DNA of 64,000 nt from an uncultured Pasteurellaceae bacterium (GCA_963525745.1 CAURMH010000001.1:3793-67792), one strand, 5' to 3'; shown: positions 23,133-32,391, counted from the first letter of the stretch. Notes: a model not told the origin generated them from the letters alone. Translations and numbers: made by a program.

Positions 23133-23846
23133 CTAATTTGCCGACGCGGCAAATTTTAAATAAAACGTGTTTGTCAGGGCGATAAATTCATCCGTGTATC
23201 GGTTCTTTTCATTGTAAATAACCAATCGTTCCTTTTGTTTGCATGTATTGTTGCGACTAAAGGTCAGCAACATTCGCTGCGGCGATTTGCCGCTTTTTGT
23301 GATCACATCCGTTTGTTTAATGCAAAAAAGTGCGGTCGATTTTATCAATGTTTCAGCGGCGTCATAGGGCAGTATAAAACTGATTTTGCCGTTTTCCGCG
23401 AGGCAGGATTGCGCCCAATCAAGCCAATCCGAGTGGACATTTTGAATGACGCGTGCCAGTTTCCGTTCATCGCTTTTACAAGCTACACCCGATGGATAAT
23501 AGGGCGGATTTGATACGATTAAATCGAATTTTTCGTCGGTTTGACGAACGAATGTTTGAATATCTTGCCGAACGACCCGAATACGCGTCTGCCATGGAGA
23601 ATCATTCACGTTTTGTTGTGCCTGTCGTGCTGCGGCGGCGTTGAGTTCAACCGCGCTTAGGCGGCAGGCGGGATGGCTGCGCTGCGCCAACATTAAAGCA
23701 ATCAACCCCGTTCCGGTGCCCATGTCTAAAATATGTCGACAATGCGCAACATCCGCCCATGCGCCGAGCAATACGCCGTCCGTTCCCACTTTCATGGCGC
23801 AATATTGTTGGTTTATACGAAATTGTTGGAAAGTAAAACTACTCAT
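23133..23846 (-). CDS. yfiC: tRNA1(Val) (adenine37-N6)-methyltransferase (YfiC/TrmN6)
   Basis: SAM motif DMGTGTGLIALMLAQR and an NPPY motif. It is divergent from srmB, as in E. coli. Confidence 0.85.
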   Translation of the reverse strand: MSSFTFQQFRINQQYCAMKVGTDGVLLGAWADVAHCRHILDMGTGTGLIALMLAQRSHPACRLSAVELNAAAARQAQQNVNDSPWQTRIRVVRQDIQTFVRQTDEKFDLIVSNPPYYPSGVACKSDERKLARVIQNVHSDWLDWAQSCLAENGKISFILPYDAAETLIKSTALFCIKQTDVITKSGKSPQRMLLTFSRNNTCKQKERLVIYNEKNRYTDEFIALTNTFYLKFAASAN

Positions 23847-23913
23847 AAAATATCTCAGAAATCGACCGCACTTTCAGATATAATCACGGCCGATTTTAAC
23901 AAAATATCCTATC

Positions 23914-25230
23914 ATGATGAATCTACCTCAATTTGAAGACTTAGACCTTTCTCCCGAATTACTCAAAGCCGTTGAAAAAAAAGGCTATCGACGCCCGACA
24001 TCAATTCAACAAGAAGCGATACCGGCCATTATGGAAGCACGGGATGTTCTGGGCTCCGCCCCAACCGGCACGGGAAAAACAGCCGCTTTCTTATTGCCCG
24101 CCTTACAGCATTTGCTGGACTCTCCGCGCCGTAAGCCCGGCCCCCCTCGTATTTTAATTCTTACGCCGACTCGCGAACTGGCTATACAGGTGGCGGAACA
24201 AGCGGAAGAATTAGCTCAATTTACGCATTTGGCTATTGCGACGATTACCGGCGGCGTAGCGTATCAAAATCACGGCGAAGTGTTTAATTCTAACCAGGAT
24301 TTGGTGGTGGCTACGCCGGGGCGTTTGTTGCAATACATTAAAGAAGAAAATTTTGATTGCCGCGCAGTCGAAATGTTGATTTTTGACGAAGCGGATCGGA
24401 TGTTGCAAATGGGATTTGGTCAAGATGCGGAAAAAATTGCGGCCGAAACCCGCTGGCGTAAACAAACTTTATTATTTTCGGCAACCCTTGAAGGCGAATT
24501 GCTGATCGATTTTGCCGATCGTTTGTTACATGAACCGGTAAAAATTGATGCCGAAGCCAGTCGCCGTGAACGCAAGAAAATCAATCAGTGGTATTATCAT
24601 GCCGACAGTAAAGAACATAAAATTAAACTATTGGCTCGCTTCATTGAAACGGAAGAGGTAACGCGCGGTTTGATTTTTGTCCGTCGGCGGGAAGAGGTGC
24701 GGGATCTTTCCGATACTTTACGTAAACGCGGTATTCGTTCCGCTTATTTAGAAGGCGGAATGGCGCAAACTCAGCGCAATAATGCGATTGATAAATTGAA
24801 ATCAGGTATTGTTACGGTACTCGTCGCGACGGATGTTGCAGCACGCGGAATTGATATTGATGACGTGAGTCATGTCATGAACGTTGATTTGCCTTATAGT
24901 GCGGATACTTATTTGCATCGTATCGGGCGAACTGCTCGCGCGGGCAAAAAAGGAACGGCAGTCTCTTTTGTCGAAGCGCATGATTATAAGTTGCTCGGTA
25001 AAATTAAACGTTATACCGAGACACTTTTAAAATCCCGTATTCTTGATGGCCTGGAACCGCGCACAAAACCACCAAAAGACGGGGAGAGAAAATCGATTTC
25101 TAAAAAACAAAAAACGCGGTTAAAAGAAAAGCAGGAAAATAAGAGAAAAACGGAGAAAAAAGTCAAGTTGCGTCACAAAGATACCAAAAATATCGGCAAA
25201 CGACGTAAACCTCGTGAAGATAACGACTGA
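23914..25230 (+). CDS. srmB: DEAD-box ATP-dependent RNA helicase SrmB
   Basis: APTGTGKT, DEAD, SAT and HRIGRTAR motifs plus a basic K/E-rich tail. Confidence 0.9.
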   Translation: MMNLPQFEDLDLSPELLKAVEKKGYRRPTSIQQEAIPAIMEARDVLGSAPTGTGKTAAFLLPALQHLLDSPRRKPGPPRILILTPTRELAIQVAEQAEELAQFTHLAIATITGGVAYQNHGEVFNSNQDLVVATPGRLLQYIKEENFDCRAVEMLIFDEADRMLQMGFGQDAEKIAAETRWRKQTLLFSATLEGELLIDFADRLLHEPVKIDAEASRRERKKINQWYYHADSKEHKIKLLARFIETEEVTRGLIFVRRREEVRDLSDTLRKRGIRSAYLEGGMAQTQRNNAIDKLKSGIVTVLVATDVAARGIDIDDVSHVMNVDLPYSADTYLHRIGRTARAGKKGTAVSFVEAHDYKLLGKIKRYTETLLKSRILDGLEPRTKPPKDGERKSISKKQKTRLKEKQENKRKTEKKVKLRHKDTKNIGKRRKPREDND

Positions 25231-25295
25231 CAATATTATGTTGAGTTGAAAAAAATGTCGCACGGAACGATTAACGTGTTGAGGGGAATAACCGG

Positions 25296-25327
25296 ATAAA
25301 AACTAGGCGGCTATTAGAAGCCGCCTT
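25296..25327 (-). terminator. Terminator after acpP
   Basis: Minus strand: GGCGGC-ttctaata-GCCGCC followed by tagttttt, just after the acpP stop. Confidence 0.55.
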
Positions 25328-25331
25328 AAGA

Positions 25332-25562
25332 TTATTGATTGTTTTGTACGTAATCAATTGCAGATTGAACAGTCGTAATTTTTTCGGCTTCCTCATCAGG
25401 AATTTCAATATCAAATTCCTCTTCTAAAGCCATTACTAATTCAACCGTATCTAAAGAATCCGCACCTAAATCCTCAACAAAAGAAGCTTCCGGTTTTACA
25501 TCTTCTTCTTTAACACCCAATTGTTCAACGATGATTTTTTTCACGCGTTCTTCAATACTCAT
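25332..25562 (-). CDS. acpP: Acyl carrier protein
   Basis: [22 protein letters not shown]...[19 protein letters not shown], containing the phosphopantetheine Ser motif DSLD; 76 aa. Confidence 0.98.
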   Translation of the reverse strand: MSIEERVKKIIVEQLGVKEEDVKPEASFVEDLGADSLDTVELVMALEEEFDIEIPDEEAEKITTVQSAIDYVQNNQ

Positions 25563-25837
25563 TTGTTTTTCCTATTTGTTGTTTTAACTCACTCTGGAGC
25601 AGTTAGTGTATGTATTTTTAAAAAAGTTGCAAGTTCTCACTGGTTATACCACGAAAATCACAATTAATAAAAACACATACCGAGAAAGTAATTACGTATC
25701 CTTGCATACGCTCAAGGCGTAATCAAGCTACAATGCCGTGCTATTTTACCACTCTCTTATTTTTTTGGCTATGGGTTTATGCAAACTTCAACTAAAGTGT
25801 TAAAATAAAGCACTTTTTATTTTAACCGCACGTTATT

Positions 25838-26989
25838 ATGGTACTCTTCACTGCTGAATTTACTCAGACATTACCCTTACTTGGAATGTTTATTGTTTGC
25901 TTGTTTTTATCCCATTTTTTATTAAAACCGATAAAAGTACTATCCGAGTCGGCTTTGAAGAGAACTTCTCCTTTAGATGGACTACGTGGGATTCTGGCAC
26001 TATCCGTTTTGGTTCACCATTTTTATATCACCTACATGTGGAAAACCGGTATAGGTTGGATTCCACCTTCAATTGATTATCTCAATAATTTGGGCACAAT
26101 GTCAGTGTCTTTTTTCTTCTTGATCACAGCATTCCTTTTTCTATCAAAAATTAATGATAATGCCAAACAACAAACAACAAACAACAAACAACAAACAACT
26201 ATAAATTGGAAAATTCTATTTAAATCTCGTTTTAAACGTATTTTACCCATGTATTTTTTCATTGTCATGGCTATCACAATAATAACGGTAAATATTATAC
26301 CTACAGAATCTTATAATAAATCACAGTTATTCCATTTCTTACAAAGATGGTTATTATTCCAAGGCGCTGATCTCGCTGGTTTTCATGCTGGTTTTATTAT
26401 TTCTCATGTGCAATGGACACTAATTTATGAATGGGGATTTTATTTTAGCCTACCTGCAATTTACGTTCTCTGGCAGCAACGTAAAGCCCCTATTATCTTA
26501 GTCATAACCACTATTTTTATTGCTTATTTTTGTATTCATAATACTGTTTCACATATGTATTGGCTCTTTGCATTAGCTTTACCTAGCGTAGTTCTTAAAG
26601 AGCCATTGAAGTTATTTGTTGAAAAACATAATAAATACCTGCATCCTGTTATGTTATTAATTTTTATTTATACTTTCTTTTATACAAAAGGTTATTCAGC
26701 AGAGCAAATGATTTGCACCGCTTCGTTATTTAGCTTTATTTCAAATGGATATAGCTTTGGAGGAATATTAAATACAATGGGATTGAGAAAATTAGGTGAA
26801 ATCAGCTTTAGTTTATATTTAAGTCATGGCATTTTCCTCTACTTATTTTTCTCAATATTAAATATTTACGATTTTAATACGAATAATTTTTCCGAATATA
26901 TGCATTATTTCCCTTTTGTTTTCTTTATTTCAGTCGCCAGCTCATTAATAACTTATAAATTGATTGAACGCCCATTTCTGGCGAAATAG
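25838..26989 (+). CDS. Acyltransferase-3 (AT3) family integral membrane O-acyltransferase, stand-alone (no SGNH domain)
   Basis: LDGLRGILALSVLVHHF motif near the N-terminus (the AT3 R..H signature), about 10 hydrophobic helices, 383 aa. Very AT-rich. No obvious SD before the ATG at 25838, so the start is uncertain (the internal Met at 25886 is possible). Confidence 0.8.
   Translation: MVLFTAEFTQTLPLLGMFIVCLFLSHFLLKPIKVLSESALKRTSPLDGLRGILALSVLVHHFYITYMWKTGIGWIPPSIDYLNNLGTMSVSFFFLITAFLFLSKINDNAKQQTTNNKQQTTINWKILFKSRFKRILPMYFFIVMAITIITVNIIPTESYNKSQLFHFLQRWLLFQGADLAGFHAGFIISHVQWTLIYEWGFYFSLPAIYVLWQQRKAPIILVITTIFIAYFCIHNTVSHMYWLFALALPSVVLKEPLKLFVEKHNKYLHPVMLLIFIYTFFYTKGYSAEQMICTASLFSFISNGYSFGGILNTMGLRKLGEISFSLYLSHGIFLYLFFSILNIYDFNTNNFSEYMHYFPFVFFISVASSLITYKLIERPFLAK
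26165..26199 (+). repeat. Perfect tandem heptanucleotide repeat (AAACAAC)x5 inside the AT3 gene
   Basis: Read directly: aaacaac repeated five times over 26165-26199. It is translated in frame as KQQTTNNKQQTT. Confidence 0.95.
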
Positions 26990-27036
26990 TTACATAGGTT
27001 ATATGTTAGCTAATTTTTAGCTCAACACGGATAAAT

Positions 27037-28023
27037 ATGAACAAAAAAGTTAATCTTTATCGCTATTCCGTTCCCCTACAAAGTCGATTAATTTTGCGCG
27101 GAAGTGATTTACCGCGGCGTGAAGGTCTGTTGGTGCGGATTCAATGCCGGGATCGCGAAGGCTGGGGAGAAATTGCCCCTTTGCCGGGATTTAGCCATGA
27201 AAATATCGAAACTGCCACGAAACAAACCGCACTTTGGTTGGAGGCATGGAATCAAAGTCGCGCTCAAAATCGACGACTCCCCTTCGCCGGCTTGTCGCCT
27301 TCGGTGGCGTTCGGATTAAGTTGTGCACTGGCCGAAATGCAAAATCAACTTCAACGGGAAGGCAATTATCAAACCGTCTCTCTTTATACGAACGATGTAA
27401 ACGAATTCAATTCGTCCGAATCGGGGAAGACGGTAAAACTTAAAGTGGCTTCAAATCCCCATGAGGCGATGCGGGAAGGGCAATATATTAATGAAATTTT
27501 GCAGACAAATTCCCATTTGTCAGTACGTTTAGATGCTAATCGTCGTTGGAATTTAACGCAGGCATTAATTTTTGCCGAGCAGATTACACCTGCAGCGCGA
27601 ACGCGAATTCAATTTATCGAAGAACCTTGCCTCACAGCGTCGCAAAGCCGTCAATTCGCTTTGCAAACCGCGCTTCCTATTGCGTGGGACGAAACGGTGC
27701 GAGAGGCAAAGTTTCAACCGGTAGCAGAACCTTTTCTGGTAGCAATTGTACTGAAACCAACATTGATTGGCTCGTTGTCAGATTGCATCTATTTGATTAA
27801 ACGGGCGCAGCAGTGCGGTTTACAGGTTGTAATCAGTTCGGCAATTGAATCAAGTTTCGGTCTGACCCAATTGGCTCGCATTGCTGCACAATATACGGCC
27901 TCTACTGCGCCGGGCTTGGATACATTGAATTTAATGGCATTTCAGCTTGTGCGTATGTGGCCGAATAGTGCGCTGCCTGTCGTCGGATTAGACGATTCGT
28001 CGGTTATCACTAAGTTGATTTAG
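27037..28023 (+). CDS. menC: o-Succinylbenzoate synthase (enolase superfamily)
   Basis: KLKV, RLDANRRW and IEEPC metal/base motifs; 328 aa. Confidence 0.88.
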   Translation: MNKKVNLYRYSVPLQSRLILRGSDLPRREGLLVRIQCRDREGWGEIAPLPGFSHENIETATKQTALWLEAWNQSRAQNRRLPFAGLSPSVAFGLSCALAEMQNQLQREGNYQTVSLYTNDVNEFNSSESGKTVKLKVASNPHEAMREGQYINEILQTNSHLSVRLDANRRWNLTQALIFAEQITPAARTRIQFIEEPCLTASQSRQFALQTALPIAWDETVREAKFQPVAEPFLVAIVLKPTLIGSLSDCIYLIKRAQQCGLQVVISSAIESSFGLTQLARIAAQYTASTAPGLDTLNLMAFQLVRMWPNSALPVVGLDDSSVITKLI

Positions 28024-28083
28024 AGATTCGACCACCCATAACGAAAAAAACGCTATAATGAAAGGAAACTAAAAGGATAGAAT

Positions 28084-28536
28084 ATGTCGCGAAAATTCCG
28101 TATTTTATTGCTAAATGGCCCCAATCTGAACATGTTAGGTGCTCGCGAACCACAACATTACGGCAGCCTTTCTCTTTCTGCCATTGAGGCGAATATGCAG
28201 GCTTTGGCCAAAAGAAATAATGTCGAATTGGTTTGCTTTCAAAGTAATAGCGAAGAAAAGTTAATCGAACAAATCCACCATAATTTTAAACAGGCGGATT
28301 TTATTATTATCAATCCCGCCGCCTTTACGCATACCAGCGTAGCGTTGCGTGACGCATTACTGGCGGTGGCGATTCCTTTTGTTGAAATTCATTTATCCAA
28401 TGTGCATAAACGCGAACCTTTTCGCCATCATTCTTATTTTAGTGATGTGGCGGAAGGGGTGATTTGCGGATTGGGCGCTCAAGGTTATGAATATGCGTTT
28501 GAATTCGCCCTGACATTTTTGGCTAAAAAAGCATAA
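28084..28536 (+). CDS. aroQ: 3-dehydroquinate dehydratase, type II
   Basis: [19 protein letters not shown] and [16 protein letters not shown] motifs; 150 aa. Confidence 0.95.
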   Translation: MSRKFRILLLNGPNLNMLGAREPQHYGSLSLSAIEANMQALAKRNNVELVCFQSNSEEKLIEQIHHNFKQADFIIINPAAFTHTSVALRDALLAVAIPFVEIHLSNVHKREPFRHHSYFSDVAEGVICGLGAQGYEYAFEFALTFLAKKA

Positions 28537-28627
28537 TTTTTGCTTATTTTCATAGAAAATGACAGAATGTTGTCGCCAAATTCACAAATTTCAGGTAACC
28601 TTTCAGGCGAAAAAGTCAGTTAAAAAT

Positions 28628-28655
28628 GACCGCACTTTTAATAAAAAGTGCGGTC
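28628..28655. repeat. Inverted USS pair forming a 12-bp perfect hairpin (4-nt loop) 27 nt upstream of the accB ATG
   Basis: GACCGCACTTTT-aata-AAAAGTGCGGTC. Confidence 0.9.
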
Positions 28656-28682
28656 GAAATTTCATTATTTTAGGAAGAGCAT

Positions 28683-29150
28683 ATGGACATTCGTAAAATC
28701 AAAAAACTCATTGAATTAGTGGAAGAATCCGGCATTACGGAATTGGAAGTCTCGGAAGAAGAGGGTTCTGTACGCATTAGCCGGGCAACCGTTGCTGCGC
28801 CGGCGACAGTGCAATATAGCGCGCCGGTCGTTTCCGCCCCTGTAGCGCCGGCACCGGTTGCGAATCCTACCGCGTCGGCGCCGTCAGTTGCCGGTTCGGT
28901 TGAAAACGAATTATCCGGTCATGTGGTTCGTTCTCCGATGGTGGGAACTTTTTATCGCAGCCCAAGCCCTGAGGCAAAAGCGTTTGTTGAGGTGGGGCAA
29001 TCGGTAAAAGTCGGCGATGCCCTTTGTATCGTCGAAGCGATGAAAATGATGAATCGAATTGAGGCGGATAAAGCCGGTGTAGTAAAAGCGATTTTGATTG
29101 AAGACGGTGCGCCTGTGGAATTTGATGAGCCTTTAATTGTAATTGAATAA
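28683..29150 (+). CDS. accB: Biotin carboxyl carrier protein
   Basis: Ala/Pro-rich linker and the biotinylation motif [13 protein letters not shown]. Confidence 0.97.
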   Translation: MDIRKIKKLIELVEESGITELEVSEEEGSVRISRATVAAPATVQYSAPVVSAPVAPAPVANPTASAPSVAGSVENELSGHVVRSPMVGTFYRSPSPEAKAFVEVGQSVKVGDALCIVEAMKMMNRIEADKAGVVKAILIEDGAPVEFDEPLIVIE

Positions 29151-29205
29151 ATTGATTGTAAATGGTGACAAGTTCACCATTTTATTTTAATAAACGGAAT
29201 ATGTT

Positions 29206-30555
29206 ATGTTAGAAAAAGTTGTCATTGCCAACCGCGGCGAGATTGCATTGCGTATTTTGCGTGCATGTAAAGAGTTAGGCATTAAAACCGTTGCCGTCCA
29301 TTCTACTGCCGATCGCGAGTTAAAACACGTTTTGCTTGCTGATGAAACGGTTTGTATCGGCCCTGCGCCTTCAACGAAAAGTTATCTGAACATTCCGGCG
29401 ATTATTGCCGCCGCTGAAGTGACTGGTGCTGACGCGATTCATCCGGGATACGGTTTCCTTTCCGAAAATGCCGATTTTGCCGAGCAAGTTGAACGTTCCG
29501 GCTTTACGTTTATTGGTCCGACCGCTGACGTTATTCGCTTGATGGGCGATAAAGTGTCAGCCATTAATGCGATGAAAAAAGCAGGCGTACCTTGTGTACC
29601 GGGTTCTGATGGTCCGCTAAGTTCGGATATTAAGAAAAATAAAGAAATTGCTAAGCGTATCGGCTATCCAATTATTATCAAGGCTTCCGGTGGCGGTGGC
29701 GGCCGTGGTATGCGTGTCGTGCGCAATGAAGAGTCGTTGGAAGAATCGATTGCCATGACGAAAGCAGAAGCAAAAGCGGCATTTAATAACGACATGGTTT
29801 ATATGGAGAAGTATTTGGAAAATCCGCGCCATGTTGAAATTCAAGTCATTGCCGATACCCACGGTAACGCCGTGTATCTTGCTGAACGTGATTGCTCTAT
29901 GCAACGTCGTCATCAAAAAGTCGTGGAAGAAGCGCCTGCCCCCGGAATCAGCGAGGAAATTCGACGTGATATCGGTTCGCGCTGTGCAAAGGCTTGCGTG
30001 GAAATCGGCTATCGTGGCGCCGGCACGTTTGAGTTTTTATACGAAAACGGGGAATTTTATTTTATTGAAATGAATACCCGAATCCAGGTTGAACATCCTG
30101 TAACCGAAATGATTACCGGGGTGGATTTAGTGAAAGAGCAGCTTCGCGTGGCATCCGGTTTGCCATTGTCTTTCAAACAGGAAGAGATTAAAGTTAAAGG
30201 TCATGCCATAGAATGCCGCATTAATGCGGAAGATCCGACAACATTTTTACCTTCGCCGGGTAAAGTGACGCATTTGCACGCACCGGGCGGCCTCGGTGTT
30301 CGCTGGGATTCGCATATCTATGGCGGATATACCGTCCCACCTCATTATGATTCCATGATCGCAAAACTTATCACGTTTGCCGATACCCGTGAAGGGGCAA
30401 TCCGTCGCATGCAAAATGCACTAGGTGAAACTATTATTAGCGGTATTAAAACAAATATACCATTGCATGAAATTATTCTTGCCGATGAAAATTTCCAAAA
30501 AGGCGGAACCAATATCCATTATTTAGAGAAAAAATTGGGCATGCGTGAAGCCTAA
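29206..30555 (+). CDS. accC: Biotin carboxylase
   Basis: [34 protein letters not shown]-terminus, ATP-grasp glycine loop [10 protein letters not shown]; 449 aa. Confidence 0.97.
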   Translation: MLEKVVIANRGEIALRILRACKELGIKTVAVHSTADRELKHVLLADETVCIGPAPSTKSYLNIPAIIAAAEVTGADAIHPGYGFLSENADFAEQVERSGFTFIGPTADVIRLMGDKVSAINAMKKAGVPCVPGSDGPLSSDIKKNKEIAKRIGYPIIIKASGGGGGRGMRVVRNEESLEESIAMTKAEAKAAFNNDMVYMEKYLENPRHVEIQVIADTHGNAVYLAERDCSMQRRHQKVVEEAPAPGISEEIRRDIGSRCAKACVEIGYRGAGTFEFLYENGEFYFIEMNTRIQVEHPVTEMITGVDLVKEQLRVASGLPLSFKQEEIKVKGHAIECRINAEDPTTFLPSPGKVTHLHAPGGLGVRWDSHIYGGYTVPPHYDSMIAKLITFADTREGAIRRMQNALGETIISGIKTNIPLHEIILADENFQKGGTNIHYLEKKLGMREA

Positions 30556-30580
30556 TATTTTTATTTAATATCAAGTCGTT

Positions 30581-30613
30581 AAAAAGTACGGTTAAGGTTA
30601 ACCGTACTTTTTT
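30581..30613 (+). terminator. Rho-independent terminator of accBC, made of an inverted pair of USS-like AAGTACGGT words
   Basis: AAAAAGTACGGTTAA-gg-TTAACCGTACTTTTT plus an extra T, about 25 nt after the accC stop. Confidence 0.85.
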
Positions 30614-30673
30614 CGATTCCCCCCTAAAAGAATTTAAAAATTGACCGCACTTACGACGAGACAAGGTGTGAAA

Positions 30674-30946
30674 ATGAGCAATCTCCGTTATAAACAAACC
30701 GCTAAAGAAGCCCGTTGGGCGTTAGGGCTAACCTTGCTTTATGTAATCGGTTGGTGCTTGTGCGCTTACTTGCCGAAAGATACGCACGGGCCCATAGGCT
30801 TCCCGCTTTGGTTTGAACTCGCCTGCATTTACCTGCCGATTCTGTTTATTGTGGTGGCGTACTGGCTGATTAAAATTGTGTTTCAGGATATTCCGCTGGA
30901 TGTGGAACAAAAAACACAACATTCGACAACGGAGCGTCACTCATGA
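30674..30946 (+). CDS. yhdT: Small membrane protein YhdT (DUF997), partner of PanF
   Basis: About 90 aa with two hydrophobic helices. The ATG at 30674 has an AAGGTG SD. Its stop overlaps the panF ATG (ATGA). It lies in the accC-yhdT-panF order seen in E. coli. Confidence 0.75.
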   Translation: MSNLRYKQTAKEARWALGLTLLYVIGWCLCAYLPKDTHGPIGFPLWFELACIYLPILFIVVAYWLIKIVFQDIPLDVEQKTQHSTTERHS

Positions 30947-32370
30947 ACCTCGGGATTGTTTTTCCGCTCATCATTTATTTGGCGTTTGTATTCGGTGCCG
31001 CCATTTACGCTTATGTAAAACGCCAAAAAGGCGGTGATTTTCTTTCCGAATATTATGTAGGCAATCGCTCCATGACGGGCTTTGTGCTCGCCATGACCAC
31101 CGCTTCCACTTATGCCAGCGCCAGTTCTTTTATCGGCGGACCGGGTGCAGCGTACAAATACGGCTTGGGTTGGGTTTTACTTGCCATGATTCAAGTGCCG
31201 GCGGTGTGGTTGGCGCTTGGCGCCTTGGGGAAAAAATTCGCTTTGCTTTCCCGCGAAACCAATGCTTTGACGATCAATGACTTATTGCTTTATCGCTACA
31301 AAAACAAATACTTGGTGTGGATCGCCTGCGTGGCGTTGTTGATCGCTTTTTTTGCCGCCATGACCGTGCAATTTATCGGCGGCGCCCGTTTATTGGAAAC
31401 CACCATCGGCATTCCTTACACTCAAGCCTTGTTGATTTTCGCCTTAACCGTGGGAATTTACACCTTTATCGGCGGCTTCCGTGCAGTAGTGTTAACGGAC
31501 ACCATTCAAGGCACGGTGATGATTTTAGGCACGATTGTCTTGCTGGTCGGCGTGATTTATCAGGTGGGCGGCGTGGAAAGTGCGGTCAAAAAATTAACTG
31601 AAATTGATTCGAGCCTCGTCAGTCCTTACGGACCAAACGACATGCTGGATTTCCAATTCATGGCGTCCTTCTGGATTTTGGTGTGTTTCGGCGTGGTGGG
31701 CTTGCCGCACACGGCGGTGCGTTGCATGGCGTTTAAAGACAGCAAAGCGTTGCACAACGGCATGCTTATCGGCACCATCGTGTTGACGATTATCATGTTC
31801 GGTATGCACTTGGCGGGCGCATTGGGACGTGCCGTAGTGCCGGACTTAACGGTGTCGGATAAAGTCATTCCAAGCCTGATGTTGCAGGTGTTGCCGCCGA
31901 TCATTGCTGGGATTTTCCTTGCCGCGCCCATGTCGGCGATCATGTCTACGGTGGACGCGCAATTAATTCAATCTTCCTCTATTTTTGTGAAAGATTTGTA
32001 CTTGGCGGCAAAACCGCAGGCGGCGCAAAATCAAAAACGCATCGGACGGATTTCATCATTAATTACCTTAATTTTGACCGCACTTTTAATCTTCGCTTCC
32101 CTCAATCCGCCGGATATGATCATCTGGCTGAACCTGTTTGCCTTCGGCGGGCTGGAAGCGGCATTTTTATGGGTGATCGTGCTCGGGCTCTACTGGGACA
32201 AAGCCAACGCATTCGGCGCTATCAGTTCCATGTTGGTTGGTTTGGTCTCCTTTATTTTATTAACCCAATTCGGCATTAAACTGCTTGGCTTCAACCCGAT
32301 TGCACCGGCGTTGGTGTTCGGTTTAGTAGCGTTTTTGGTGGGGAATAAATTTGGCGAAAATCGCCATTAA
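30943..32370 (+). CDS. panF: Sodium/pantothenate symporter (SSS family)
   Basis: 475-aa polytopic SSS-type protein. Conserved accBC-yhdT-panF-prmA context. Confidence 0.88.
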   Translation: MNLGIVFPLIIYLAFVFGAAIYAYVKRQKGGDFLSEYYVGNRSMTGFVLAMTTASTYASASSFIGGPGAAYKYGLGWVLLAMIQVPAVWLALGALGKKFALLSRETNALTINDLLLYRYKNKYLVWIACVALLIAFFAAMTVQFIGGARLLETTIGIPYTQALLIFALTVGIYTFIGGFRAVVLTDTIQGTVMILGTIVLLVGVIYQVGGVESAVKKLTEIDSSLVSPYGPNDMLDFQFMASFWILVCFGVVGLPHTAVRCMAFKDSKALHNGMLIGTIVLTIIMFGMHLAGALGRAVVPDLTVSDKVIPSLMLQVLPPIIAGIFLAAPMSAIMSTVDAQLIQSSSIFVKDLYLAAKPQAAQNQKRIGRISSLITLILTALLIFASLNPPDMIIWLNLFAFGGLEAAFLWVIVLGLYWDKANAFGAISSMLVGLVSFILLTQFGIKLLGFNPIAPALVFGLVAFLVGNKFGENRH

Positions 32371-32391
32371 TTGTCAAACATAGGAATAAAC

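Noticed and set aside
25080-25230. An apparently repetitive A/G-rich stretch at the 3' end of srmB.
   Set aside because: It is not a DNA tandem repeat. It encodes the K/E/R-rich basic tail typical of DEAD-box helicases of the SrmB/DeaD type.
25733-25795. 20-aa hydrophobic mini-ORF (MPCYFTTLLFFWLWVYANFN) upstream of the AT3 gene, considered as a possible leader peptide or type I toxin.
   Set aside because: There is no SD, and in DNA this AT-rich, Phe/Leu/Tyr-rich short ORFs arise by chance. I see no paired antisense RNA structure.
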